A stretch of 64,000 nucleotides of DNA from Octopus vulgaris (lineage: Eukaryota). Positions 1 to 13,461 of the stretch are shown in pieces. The notes beneath the pieces were generated by a model. That model made no database searches. It had not been told where the DNA came from and saw only the letters and a program-made list of their open reading frames with translations. The DNA is taken from contig OX597822.1 in the NCBI GenBank assembly GCA_951406725.2, positions 104,780,001 to 104,844,000 on the forward strand, given 5' to 3'. Positions within the stretch are counted from its first letter, which is position 1; every line of letters begins with the position of its first letter. A program made the position numbers and the translations under genes.

Positions 1-490
1 CGTCCTCTATTGCCCTTGTGGCAATAAAATAATTTAAGTTAGGTCAGAACTAGTCTAGTGCAGCAGTAAGAACACCTACTCTTCTCTTCCCCCCCCCCCA
101 CCTTCTTCTCTTTACGTTTTTCCTTCTCCGTAAAATCTCTTTCCGTTCCAATAAATTTTAAACGCAATTATAGAAATGAAGCAAAAAAAAAAAAAAACAA
201 ACAAAAAAAAAAATTACACAAAAGAGATTCTGTTAGCTTCTTTGGTTGGTTGAGGAGATGTTTGACAGTTCTTACTATGGAAGTTGTTCCGCCTTCAGGT
301 AAAAATAACTTGTGTTTCTTCAATCCCCAGGAGGGACTTACAGCAAGGAAATGAAGTTATTGACGAGGATGCAGGCGGCACAAGGAAACCAAAATAATAA
401 AAAAATATCTTTTAAATATAATCAAGCTGGTCTTCTGTGAAATGTAAGCAGTAAATAACTTTAAGAATATGAATTACTACTACTAGTATT

Positions 491-853
491 CTCTTTTCTC
501 TTTTACTTGTTTCAGTCATTTGACTGCGACCATGCTGGAGCACCGCCTTTAGTCGAGAAAATCGACTCCAGGACTTATTCTTTGGAAACCTTGAACTTAT
601 TCAATCGGATCTCTTTTGCCGAACCGCTAAGTGACGGGGACGTAAACACACAAGCATCAGTTATCAAGAGATATTGGGTGGGGACAAACACAGACACACA
701 AACATATACACACATATATATATATATATTCATACGACGGGCTTCTTTCAGTTTCCGTCCACCAAATCTACTCACAAGGATTTGGTCGGCCCGAGGCTAT
801 AGTAGTAGACACTTGCCCAAGGTGTCACGCAGTGGGAATGGACCCGGAACCAT
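491..853 (-). mobile_element. tRNA-derived SINE group B (CORE-like), head truncated
   Basis: Reverse complement matches the 15353-15777 copy: TTGGGCAAGTGTC core, internal TA/TG microsatellite, GAAACAAGTAAAAGAG tail. Confidence 0.85.
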
Positions 854-1426
854 ACAAACATACACATATATACATACTTATATGGATGTGCATATATGGA
901 TGTGCATATATATATATCTCTATATATATACACATCCATATAAGTATGTATATATGTGTATGTTTGTATGTGTGTGTGTGTATATATATATATAGAGTGA
1001 GGGGTAAGAGAGAAAGTAGGACAAAAAGACAGTGAGAGCTACAGAGAGTGAAACACTGAAATAAATATTGGGTGAGTGCTAAATCGGACAATCCCATTGT
1101 AGTGGACCAATGAGTCTGCGCAACTTGGAATATATTCTCTAAGACATTGATAACAGGTAGATGGCACTTTGCAATAACGTGAAACAGTTGCTATTTTTAA
1201 GAGAGAACTACACCAAGATAGAACGGTAGCATGCTTTATGAATATGAATATGTTTGCTGTCATAATCTTGGAAAAGATGCAAGATTTCTCTATATGCAAG
1301 CTATGCAAGTATGGATCAGTAGGTTGTGCAAATACATGTGTGCATATATACATATACGTATATGCATATATGTATATGTATATATATATGAATGCATATA
1401 TATATATATATATGTATGTGTGCACG

Positions 1427-1482
<56 letters not shown>

Positions 1483-1813
1483 CATATAAAATAGTTTTTG
1501 CAAAGCAGTTTGTGCATTAGGCGGAGATATTGATTGCTTCTCACTGAGCACAATGTCAATACTTCGGGGTTGGCTGAGGTTTCAGAGCAAATTTCTTTTC
1601 TTTTCTTGATGTTCTTGTTGATGTCGTCGTAGTTTATTCCTGAGATTGATGCTGATTGAGTAGATCTGTAATGGAGGACTTTCTTCCAAAAACCATTCTA
1701 TTTCCCAGTGAATCCTTTTGTGTGACCTAAGGGAGAGTTGGCTACTTTACTAGCAGTTCAAACGATCGCACTGAGGCTCACGTATCAGCTAATAAGAAAT
1801 TTACTATAAATCC

Positions 1814-1882
<69 letters not shown>

Positions 1883-1886
<4 letters not shown>

Positions 1887-2187
1887 ATATAAGGGAATAC
1901 AATTCCCAACTTACAGGGAAAAATTCAATTTAACAATATATAATATATAATTAAGAGAAATAATCTCTATTAAGTAATTCAATAACGAAAGACATTATCC
2001 GCACTATATAGAAAAAAATTAAATATACTATAATCAATATCATTAAAAATATCACAAAATGAAATAAACATTTATTTAAGTTTTTGAATAATGTTTATTA
2101 TATTATGTTTAATTTTTTCTATATGGTGTGGATAATGTCTTTCACTATTGAATTACTTAACAGAGGTTATGTCTCTTAATGATATAT
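1883..2187 (-). mobile_element. Fold-back element in (TA)n, family H1 (probably Penelope-like derived)
   Basis: Imperfect inverted arms ~1944-2034 and ~2099-2187, plus an unpaired tail containing AGGGAATA...AACTTACAGGGAAAAA shared with 46426; (TA)n on both sides. Confidence 0.7.
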
Positions 2188-2198
2188 ATATATATATA

Positions 2199-2486
2199 TC
2201 ACCGTGATCACCGTGACCGACCAGGGTATCAAATGTTGCTACACATTACTGGTCACAATGCACTTCGCATTGTTTTAGCCTTCAAATGACGCCACCCCGC
2301 TGGCTAAGCGGGTGAGAGAAAGTTGCGGCGAAAGAGTACAGCAGGAATCCCCCCACTCAGCTGAAGACTCGTGGAGCTTTAGGTGTTTTCGCTCAATAAA
2401 CACTCACAGCGCCCGGCCTGGGTTTCGAAACTGCGATCCTACAACCGCGTTTCCACTGCCCTAACCACTAGGCCATTGCACCTCCA
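2199..2486 (-). mobile_element. SINE group C (tRNA head, tail variant 3)
   Basis: Head GGAGGTGCAATGGCCTAGTGGTTAGGGCAG...GTTTCGAAACCC matches the 40317 head; different 3' tail ending CACGGTGATCACGGTGA. Confidence 0.8.
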
Positions 2487-2612
2487 TATATATACGTGTG
2501 TGTGTGCGTATGCATGTATGTATGTGTGTGTATTTATGTGTATACATATGTAAATATGTACACATACATAACATTTACATCTGAGTGTGTATGCCAAGAG
2601 AGATATATATTG

Positions 2613-2830
2613 CGGTGAATCAAAGGTTTTGCAATATTTTGTCAACTTATTTGCTTTCTTCAAGTTACATCAAAAGCGGCCAAACATTAACGGTAGAGGC
2701 CATCGTGTTGCATCATCTAAAGACACCTTTCTGCCAATTCTTTGATCTCATGCTGATAATAGTTCATGTTCTTCAAGGCAAAGAACTCTTTCACCGAATC
2801 TTCCCCATCCTCTTGGTTGATGTAACGTCG
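2613..2830 (-). mobile_element. Mariner/Tc1 transposase C-terminal remnant with one probable TIR
   Basis: Minus strand reads VKEFFALKNMNYYQHEIKELAERCL*MMQHDGLY, similar to mariner C-termini (FF..K...FY..GI..L..RW......G.Y). Confidence 0.6.
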
Positions 2831-3547
2831 CAGCTCTATGAATATTTCATTGAATGTCTATTAGAATTTTTGCTGTATTATAGTGAACTGGGAAATGCCT
2901 AACTATTAAGGCTAGGAATTTTCTAATTACATTAGTCTTAATATCTACAAACAAAAGGTAGTTTGGGGTGGACGATATTATCTTCCTAGGTCTAATTCCA
3001 AATTATAGACTTATGGGACATGTTTTTATCAGAGTCATTGTTAGCCAAGACATTATTTTATAACAAGGCTACCTCATCGAATATTACTTTAGAGAAGTGA
3101 TTATATATTCTGTTGCTGATATTGGCTATAAGATTTTTAAGAACTACGATGGGGGTCACAGGAATCCGGATTAGGTATGGAGTCTCACAGAAAATGAACA
3201 TCTCTCCATTGAAATGATTTACACCAACCATCTTAATTCTACTTCGAATACAACAATATTAATTCTGATTCGAACGGACACGAGAATGTAACTCTTCATT
3301 TTCTTTCTTGAGCCTTTTTATCTTTGTTTTTTTTTTTATCTTCCTCTTGCCTATTCCCTTTTTTTTTTCATTAATGATCAGCAATATAATATATTTGAGT
3401 TCGAATTTTGTTCCGGATAGCATGATATGTTAAAAATATTCGATTCGAATTTAATATTTTTAACATGCACGTATACATGCATGCATGCATACATACACAG
3501 ATGCATAAACACATACATAAAATACGTAAATACATACATACACACAC

Positions 3548-3594
<47 letters not shown>

Positions 3595-4731
3595 CCCTAT
3601 ATATATATACATGCATAAATACATAGATATATAAATATACCTACAGAATTATGCACATATATGTATACAGAGTGGGGTGTATATGCATGTAGCCTATGTG
3701 CGTGAGTATAACCTCGTGTGCTTGTGTGTGTGTGTGTGTGTGTATGTGTGTGTGTGTGGGGGGGGTGTATGTGTGTGTTTGCGTGCGTGAGTTTAATAAA
3801 CTACGTAAAATAATCCCCAGAATATATCTTGAATTTATTTCAATAATTGATTCTAAAAATGTGTCAGAATATTTCCCGCTGATATTGATCTATATTGTTT
3901 TATTTACTTTTTGCTTTCTTCATGTTTCTCATAATGTGTTTTCAGAAATAATGTGTTTTATAAATTGAATGATACCAAATTTATGCTAATGACACTTTAT
4001 TCACACTCCCTCTTCAATATTCTTTGAAAATGAGTCACATACTGAAATAAATTAATGGGAACTGGTTCCATACAAGAAGTATTATGAGAATAATGTACTC
4101 TTATTTCTCCGAAATAATATCGTGATGATCCTGAAACTAGCGATGTGTAACGAAGTCTAAGCGAACTACTTATGGTCAATATCTAAATTTTGGTGTCCCA
4201 TTGTGCTTTAAACAAAACTGAGGTAATTTACTGTAACAGAGATTTGTCGCTCTAAATCATAAATTAATTAAAAGTTGCCGCGAAGGATCTCTGGAGTAAC
4301 GTCACTCGAGACGCTTCATTGTTGGAAGATCAGAGTGCCTCACTGTGTCGAGCCGCTATCTCTCCGCATTGCGAGATCACAGCATCGGTGCAACGGCTAT
4401 ATTATTAGTATGTCCTAGGACAAAATCGCAAGGCGGAATTTTTACGCTACACCAACCGACAGTGACCGAGAAGTAGACCAAGAACAAGATGGTTGCATAC
4501 TATCCAGTGTTTCAACAAGTCACGTTTGGGAATCCTACCAGGAAATGTAATGGTGGTTGCTTTTGATACTAGCTTATGAAGAGGGTGTCTGAAGAGCCTG
4601 CTCCTACGACACCTTCTTTTCCCTGTCTCACGACACTGCCATCCGTCTGTCTTACAATTAGTTCTTTCCTTTGACGTGTTTCGCTGAGATCAAGCACATT
4701 GCATTTGACCTTCATTCTCTTCTCCATTAGT

Positions 4732-5031
4732 GGAGGCGCAACGGCCCTGTGGTTAGGACAGCAGACTCATGTTCGGAGGATCGCTGTTTCGATTCCCAGA
4801 CCGGGCGTTATGTGTGTTTATTGAGCGAAACACCTAAAGCTCCAAGAGGCTCCGACAGGGAGTGGTGGCGACCCCTGTTGTACTCTTCCGCCACAACTTT
4901 CTCTCACTCTCTCTTCCTGTTTCTTGAGTAACGCTGCGATGGACTGGCGTCCCGTCCAGCTGGTGGGAATACATACGTCACAGAAACCGGAAAACCGGGA
5001 CCATGTGCCTGGCTAGGCTTGAAAAGGGCGA
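4732..5031 (+). mobile_element. SINE group C head with V-domain-like body
   Basis: A/B boxes (GTGGTTAGG, GTTTCGATTCC); CTGCGATGGACTGGCGTCCCGTCCAG motif; flanking TSD TCTTCTCCATTAG. Confidence 0.85.
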
Positions 5032-5300
5032 CGTTTTATTCTTCTCCATTAGGCAGTTGTGTATGGCAGTCTATGAGAGCCTGAGGTTATTACCATCCTT
5101 TAGCCCCGCGAATTTCATACCACCGCTAAGGACCGACCCGATTCATCTGCAAGATGTTGATACGTCACACCTCTCTTTGTTCTATTCGCCAACTTTCATT
5201 CATTGTTACGGTGTCGCTAACCAAATGTAAGTTATCTATTGGAGTAGGTTCTTGTATTTATTCCTATGGTCCGTGTGTTTATATATATATATATATATAT

Positions 5301-5594
5301 AATTATAAATAAGGGCAAAAGAAAAGAAGATTTCTATCCCAATATGTTCAGAATAGACTTTAAATCGTCAATCACCGCATACAATATACACGTCGTGCTT
5401 AAATCGTATATTCATAATGATGTATATTGTATGTGGTGATTGACGATTTAAAGTCTATTCTGAGCATATTGGCATAGAAATCTTTTTTTTTGCCCTTGTT
5501 TATAATTGTTTATAATTTTCACCTTTAAAGGTATTTTAATATGCTGACCACTTCGATGACAATTTTTGAAAAACATCTTACCCTATATTAGAAG
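5301..5594 (+). mobile_element. Fold-back element in (TA)n
   Basis: Inverted arms 5301-5390 and 5421-5507, plus a tail ending TTACCCTATATTAGAAG; (TA)n flanks. Confidence 0.75.
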
Positions 5595-5647
<53 letters not shown>

Positions 5648-6806
5648 GTTTATCTGTGCGTGTGCACGTGTGTTTGTTTATATATATATTTACATAAATA
5701 CATACATACATACATACATACATACACACATGAAGAGGAAATACATTAACTGTGGCCAGACATGGAGAACGATGGGTTTCACCAGATAGAATTGTGAAAA
5801 CAAAACAACTAAATATTCCACCGTTGTTGGATAAATTGTTTAAAAGCAACTTAATGAATGGTGACCAATGAAGCTTCCCTCAAGAATTTTGTGTACAATC
5901 TCCTGGGAAATATGCACCGCTTCTTTAAAACATAACTAGAAAACACCTTTCTTGCACTAGTATTAATTTCTAGCAGCTACAAACGGCTACACATACAAGG
6001 AGAGATTATGATCACGTAAACTCCCTAAGGGAGTTGCTTCTGCGTGGCCGCAGTTCAATGACTGTTACCTGCAGTAGAATAAAATAAATATTACTTTCAA
6101 GTAAATCTTATTTAATAGACACCAGTACTTTAAATGTCAATCTTTCACATCACGGATGGATGAAATGCCAAATTGACCACAAACATATTTGAACATAGTA
6201 TATAAAAGATAACTAAATATCACAAATTATTTGGTGCGATGCTCTAAAAGTTTCGCCAATTTACCGTCCTAGAACAGATTTTTAATTAAGAGTAGAATGT
6301 TAAATCATGTATATTTAAATTGCTATTGTTCGTTTTGTTTCAGTTTAGAAAGATATTTAAAACTCAAAGAAATGCTGACAGAATATCTATATTTCTCTGA
6401 TCACAACTTCAGCCAACAATTTTGTCTTCTTTAAGTTATAAATTGAAATTCTGCCAAAATAAATTTCGGTTAACTTTAGATTCTCAGATCTAACACTAGT
6501 AGCCAAATTTGTTTCCCAACCTGTTATATACGACAGGTTAGATGAAATATTGAAGCAGTTTTTAGAGGGTCTTTCATACTCTGCATAAAATGTACTTGCT
6601 CGAAGAATGTATTTTCTTTATTCTTGTAACAGATAGCGTTTCACATGATGTTGGAGGCACCTTCATTACTATTACTTCCCTGTTCTTGAAGAAGGATGTC
6701 ATACATTGTTCTTGCTAGTATTGTTTGACTTACACTTTGCAATTATATAGATTGCCTTAGCTTTTGATTTCAGTGTTTCTTCCCAAGTGCCACTGTGCCT
6801 GTATAC

Positions 6807-7231
<425 letters not shown>

Positions 7232-7576
7232 GTGGCGAAGAAAATTTTGGAAAGAAGAAATATAAAAAATATATGAAAGGTGGAAATTAAACAGGTCAGT
7301 GTGTTAGATATTAAGCCAGTATGGCTCTCCTCAGACACAAAATATTTGTTTCAACACACGAATTCATATAAAGAATCTTTAGTAACCAGATACAAAACTG
7401 AAGTATATATATATATTCATTATCCTTCTCATCCTCATTATTAATATTATTATCATTATCTAAAACAGTTTGATTCACCCGCAAGTTTCGAAGTCTTATA
7501 GGCGCCTCATTAAAGTTAGACCAATGGAGATGTGGCTGTGAAACTTTAAATTGCAGGGAGTTTGACCAAACTGTTT

Positions 7577-7618
<42 letters not shown>

Positions 7619-7633
7619 TATATATGCATGTGC

Positions 7634-7729
<96 letters not shown>

Positions 7730-8577
7730 TATATATATATACTAGCATGTGTGATAACTGAATGCCATTTTCTTTCGCTTGTCTACTCACTCGTGTGTAT
7801 ATATATATATGTATGTATGCCATATTTATGTATACCATAATGAAAGTTATAAAGACGGAGAAGAACTTCTCGTCTTCTCTGTTTGAAAATAAAGAGAAAA
7901 ACAATTAGTAATTTCTATAATGTTCATTAGATTATACTTTTTTAATGACTTTAATTTAATAATATATTCCAGAGCAGCGCATTGCAATATAGAGCGATGT
8001 AATACTACGAGGAATATATGAATATTCAATTAATTAAACATTGATTTCACAGCATTTGAGTTGCTTCTTTTCATATTTCTTCATATTTGTTATTTCTTTT
8101 ATTATACACATAACGATTCCAAAGGATATTTCGAAGTATACGTTTGTTTTCTTTTTTCGGTTAAAGGCATAATCAATAGCAATTTCATTAGTTTTATTAT
8201 ATCTATTATATATATAGTTACATACAAACGCAAGCACACATACACACAAACACATACACACACTCACGCATACACACGAACACACACATGTATGTTTCTT
8301 AACGGTACATAAATATATATTGACTCTCAATTTCCAAGATGTAAGACTTGATATAAAAGAAAATTAATATTTATTTTCAGTGTTAAAATAAGCTTAAAAT
8401 CAATCGCATCGTAGACGATCAATGGAAAAAACCACATTTCTTTTATATATTATGTACTCTGAACAAATCCATAGAAAATAAATGAAAGGAAATAGTGATA
8501 TATGTATGTATGTATATATATGTAAGTGTGTATGTATGTATGTATGCTTGTATGTATTGTGTATGCATGTATGTTTG

Positions 8578-8622
<45 letters not shown>

Positions 8623-8763
8623 TATATATATTTCATCATATACATATGTCTATATATATGTATATATATATACGCATAATATACTGTATATATATATATA
8701 TATATATAGATAAGTTACATCATGTTATATTTTAGTACATTATATTATATATTGTATACATAC

Positions 8764-8827
<64 letters not shown>

Positions 8828-8939
8828 TATTAGTTTCAGCTGGAGAACTGCGGTCATGCTGGGGCACCGCTGTTAGTTTTTCTTCACCTCCACCACTTGA
8901 ATCCGCCTCTGATACGTGGCTTTTGATGAATGAGTGAAT

Positions 8940-9330
8940 TTGATGCTGCTGCCTTCGTTCTGGGGAGTAGAGGCTTATCTTCTTTAGCCTTTCCCACTAG
9001 CTTACATGTTGCATTGATACGATCTTCTTTGTGTAGCTTCGCTGGACTCTGGCAAGTTCCGTTGTTAATTATATACTGTGTGGTGCCCATACTTGGGAGC
9101 AGTAGTCTATGCGGCTGAGAACATATGTCCTCCACGGACCATCATATTGTACTGTTCTCACGAACTGAAAGTTCTATGGATCTATCCGGCCAGCCGTCTA
9201 CATTGTTTTGCCAAATTAGTAATATGCGCCTTTATTTCCATCTTTATACATCAAGAAATTCAAATCGAATGCCCTCAACCAACGTGCCTAGTCAGAGCAG
9301 TACAGCAGTGAATGAATTCAACCGTGTATT
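8940..9330 (-). mobile_element. Degraded CR1/Jockey-group LINE ORF2 fragment
   Basis: Minus strand reads RIDYCSQVWAPHSI*LTTELARVQRSYTKKIVSMQHVS*WERLKKISLYSPERR, with in-frame stops. Confidence 0.75.
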
Positions 9331-9437
9331 ATCTGCCGAAGAGGTGGTCACCCCTCCGTGTATAAAGTCCTATATACTATTATATTATAAAAATATTTAT
9401 GTCTTGTGACGTTTACTACGCATGCCAACCACTGGTA

Positions 9438-9853
9438 TCTCTCTTTTCTTTTTTCTCTTTTACTTGTTTCAGTCATTTTGACTGCGGCCATGCTGGAGCA
9501 CCGCCTTTAGTCGGGCAAATCGACCCCGGGACTTATTCTTTGTAAGTCCAGTACTTATTCTATCGGTCTCCTTTGCCGAACCGCTAAGTAACGGGGACAT
9601 AAACACACCAGCATCGGTTGTCAAGCAATGCTAGGGGGACAAACACAGACACACACACACACACACATATACATATATATACATATATACGACAGGCTTC
9701 TTTCAGTTTCCGTCTACCAAATCCACTCACAAGGCATTGGTCGGCCCGAGGCTATAGCAGAAGACACTTGCCCAAGATGCCACGCAGTGGGACTGAACCC
9801 TGAACCATGTGGTTGGTTAGCAAGCTACTTACCACACAGCCATTCCTGCGCCT
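9438..9853 (-). mobile_element. SINE group B, full length
   Basis: Head GGCGCAGGAATGGCTGTGTGGTAAG...GGTTCAGTCCC; core TTGGGCAAGTG; AAAAGAG tail. Confidence 0.9.
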
Positions 9854-10570
9854 ATATATATTATTTATTTAGTATTTTTTTACCCTGCATCTTCTGTTAG
9901 ACAGGATTGGTTGTTTGTTTATATTCATTTGTATAAATACATAAAACACTGTTAATGAAGTTTTAATGTTGATAATTGATAATGTTTTTCTTTACTTGAT
10001 CATATTTCAGCGTGTAAAAATAATTTTTCTTTTATCCCATTAACATTTGGAAACACCTCTACAAATATGAATGGAAACTTTCTGAGGATTCACGAAACCT
10101 ACTCTTTTAGTGAAAATTGCAAAGTGTTGTAATAGGGTATTGTATGTCATCAGTGACAAATGTGACTCTTTCGAGAAATTTAAATATGATCACACATGCT
10201 CTATAATGGACAACCGATTTCATAAAGGATAGTTTCATCATCATTTAAGATCCAAATATACTTGCATAGTTATGTGTGAAGCGTCTTTGTTAACGTCTTT
10301 CCTGTGCTTTACGCATATGATAAATAGAAATTTCAGGAGATTTTAGATGTATATCTGTAAAAAATTTCAATATTTGAAATTCGTGACGTAGTTTTTAACT
10401 CTTTTTTCTTTTTGGCAACCGTTTAAATTTCCGTGATTTATCATACGTTTGTGTTTACCTTGTCTAACACACTGGCACACTGCTTCTATTTTTCTATCGA
10501 TTGGACAGTCTTTCTCTCTCTCTCTACCTACATATCTGTCTATTTATCTCTCTCCCTCTATTTATATTTG

Positions 10571-10610
<40 letters not shown>

Positions 10611-10612
<2 letters not shown>

Positions 10613-11145
10613 CTAATATTAAGGGATCAGCAAAAGAAATGCATCACCACATACCGAAGTTCAGAAAGAGCAGCCATAATCTAAGCCACTTCTTCTACTT
10701 AAAAAAGGTCTAGCATTAGCGACCGTTACATTGAGGGAGTCGTTCTAATGTTTTAGTACCTTTGGATTATTGCAGAAAAGCCATACTGAGGAGGAATGTG
10801 GTTAGTAAAGTTTATATTTTTGGATATTCTTTATTTAAAACCTAATTCCGAAACGTGCGTCTATGGATAATCGGATATTGATTGATTTTCGTTACGTTAC
10901 CCTCTGGCTGGATGAATAGGATTCAAGTATTATGGTTTCTCTGGTAGACCTTTTTTAAGTAGAAGAAATGGCTTAGATTTTGGCTGCTATTTCTGAACTT
11001 CGGTATGTGGTGATGCATTTCTTTTGCTGATCCCTTAATATTAATTTTTCTAGAATTTACCGTATAACGGTCCTGTTTTCATACCGAATTCTACTTGGTG
11101 AAATTTATTGATTACTTCGTAATTAATTAGTTTTACCCTTAATTG

Positions 11146-11146
<1 letters not shown>
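10611..11146 (+). mobile_element. Fold-back element in (TA)n, family H2, with hammerhead in the loop
   Basis: Arms ~10611-10712 and 10945-11046; tail ends TTTTACCCTTAATTGC; motifs shared with the 47135 element. Confidence 0.85.
10781..10866 (+). ncRNA. Type I hammerhead ribozyme, canonical core
   Basis: CCATA CTGAGGA GGAAT...ATTCC GAAAC GTGC GTC TATGG; stems I, II and III pair; cleavage triplet GTC at 10859-10861. Confidence 0.85.
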
Positions 11147-11185
<39 letters not shown>

Positions 11186-11412
11186 GCGTCCTTTTAAAGC
11201 CTAGCCAGGCTCATGGGACAGTTTCCCGGTTTCAATGGCGTATATGTTTCCCCAGATGGACGGGACTCCAGTCTATCGCAGCGTTATTCATTTTTGCCCG
11301 AAGCAACGTGAAATGAAATGTTTTGCTCAAGAAAACAACGCGTCGCCACGGCCCAGGTATCGAAACCAGAATCTTACGATCATGATGGTGACACTGAGCC
11401 ACGTGCTTCCAC
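11186..11412 (-). mobile_element. SINE with V-domain-like body and the same tail as the 4732 copy
   Basis: Reverse complement GCTGCGATAGACTGGAGTCCCGTCCA...GCCTGGCTAGGCTTTAAAAGG. Confidence 0.75.
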
Positions 11413-11414
11413 TT

Positions 11415-11512
<98 letters not shown>

Positions 11513-11766
11513 CGTGTGCGTTTCTCCACAACACCACTCCATCATTACCTACACTACAACCTAATTACCTTTCAGCTGAAACCCTCACGCCCGAAAATAA
11601 AATTCATCTTAACAGAGACTAAACTCAAGATTAAATTAATCGCAACACAGTGCGATCATAAGTCAGATATCCGAACTTTCGATGTCATTGCGAATACTAT
11701 TCTTGTCAAAGAATAATAAATCGAAATCCTACAGATTAATACAAAATTTATGTTCACTATAAATGA

Positions 11767-12155
11767 ACAGGAGTGGCTGTGTGGTAAGTAGCTTGTTTAC
11801 CAACCACGTGGATCCGGGTACAGTCCCACTGCGTGGCATCTTGGGCAAGTGTCTTCTACTTGTGAGTGGATTTGGTAGACGGAAACTAAAAGAAGCCCGT
11901 CGTATATATGTATATATATATATATGCGTGTGTGTGTTTGTGTGTCTGTGTTTGTACCCCTAGCATTGCTTGACAACCGATGCTGGTGTGTTTATGTCCC
12001 CGTTACTTAGCGGTTCGGCAAAAAGAGACCGATAGAATAAGTACTGGGCTTACAAAAGAATAAGCCCCGGGGTCGAGTTGCTCGATTAAAGGCGGTGCTC
12101 CAGCATGGCCGCAGTCAAATGACTGAAACAAGTAAAAGAAAGAAAGAAAGAAAGA
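11767..12155 (+). mobile_element. SINE group B with internal deletion
   Basis: Matches 15353 copy but lacks the ATAGCCCCGGGCCGACCAATGCC segment. Confidence 0.85.
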
Positions 12156-12862
12156 ACATAAACAAACTTTAATATTACACACACGTACATGCACACACAC
12201 GCACACACACACACCGACACACATACACACATACAGACACACACACAAACGCGCCGACATGTATATTACAATCATTAATAAGCTATATTTGACGAAAGCC
12301 TTTTTTTCCAGAATACTGAGCTTACATACGTCATACACATCATTGACGTTTGAACGTAGAACCGAATGTCATAGATTGTGACTCAGTAGTTTAGAATTTC
12401 TTTGAAAGTAATTTACTAATTTCCTCTCGTACCTATTGCTTTTACAAAAACAGATTGTGTTTAGTTCAAAATTGTTATTTCAGGAAACGTATGTCAAAAG
12501 CTTATCGTTAATGATCAATTTTTGATCAATTTTAGAAAAAAATACTTTCGGAATATTCAAGCTGCGTGGTATCGTGTAATTTCCTTCCTTTGTTTCACTT
12601 TCCAATGTTACAATTTAGCGGGAAAAAATATAACAATACGTTTTAGCTCCAGTAATTTGCTTCTTGTTTTGGAAGAATAAATAATAATGACGACAAGATT
12701 TGCATTTATAATACCAAAATCAAAAGATCTCAAATTTAAAACGGCAAACCTGAAATTTAAGAACGTCAATAATTGATAAAAAACCAATTGTGTACATAAT
12801 ATAATTTATTTTGTATTTAAATATGAATAAATATGAATAAATAAACGCATGAATATATATAA

Positions 12863-13093
12863 ATTTCTTTACTACCCACAAGGGGCTAAACACAGAGGGG
12901 ACAAACAAGGACAGACAAACGGATTAAGTGGATTACATCGATCCCAGTGCGTAACTGGTACTTAATTTATCGACCCCAAAAGGATGAAAGGCAAAGTCGA
13001 CCTCGACTGAATTTGAACTCAGAACGTAACGGCAGACGAAATACGGCTACGCATTTCGCCCGGCGATCTAACGTTTCTGCTAGCTCGCCGCCT
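12863..13093 (-). mobile_element. SINE group A monomer (Meta/Sauria-like central domain)
   Basis: Head GGCGGCGAGCTAGCAGAAACGTTAG, B-box GAGTTCAAATTC, central GCCTTTCATCCTTT.GGGGTCGATAAATTAAGTACCAG. Confidence 0.85.
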
Positions 13094-13461
13094 TGAATAT
13101 ATATATATAGATCTTGCCTCGGATTCATTCGGCAATTTGAAGATAATGTGGTCTTCCTCTTCATTGTATTACATTTTAACTCAGGTTAGTCTTCATCATT
13201 TGTCCCTTCCTCCTTTTATCGCAAATATTGGGGCCGATCTCAGTCCCTGTACTAACTACTACGCCCAGTGTTATCTACAATTCCCACCTTGCACAATTTC
13301 ACCGTACCGACCACTCCAGTCTCGTTGGGTGTGCAGGACTCACTGGCGCAGTATTTGTCTCTAAATCAATACTACAAACAAACATTACTGAGCATGCTAC
13401 AATCACATGTAGATTAAACGTAATCCATAGGCACACATAACGTCCCACTGTCTAACACTAC

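Noticed and set aside
4600-5100. RTE-type APE endonuclease N-terminus on the minus strand (VLDLSETR), split by a SINE
   Set aside because: Only one short motif; plausible but too degraded to call.
5301-5594. Reading the hairpins as MITEs or pre-miRNAs
   Set aside because: One-sided tails, variable arm lengths and the link to GIY-YIG and hammerheads fit PLE products better; no small-RNA evidence.
7470-7520. Degenerate hammerhead on the minus strand (TTAATGA...GAAAC)
   Set aside because: Multiple core mismatches and no valid cleavage triplet.
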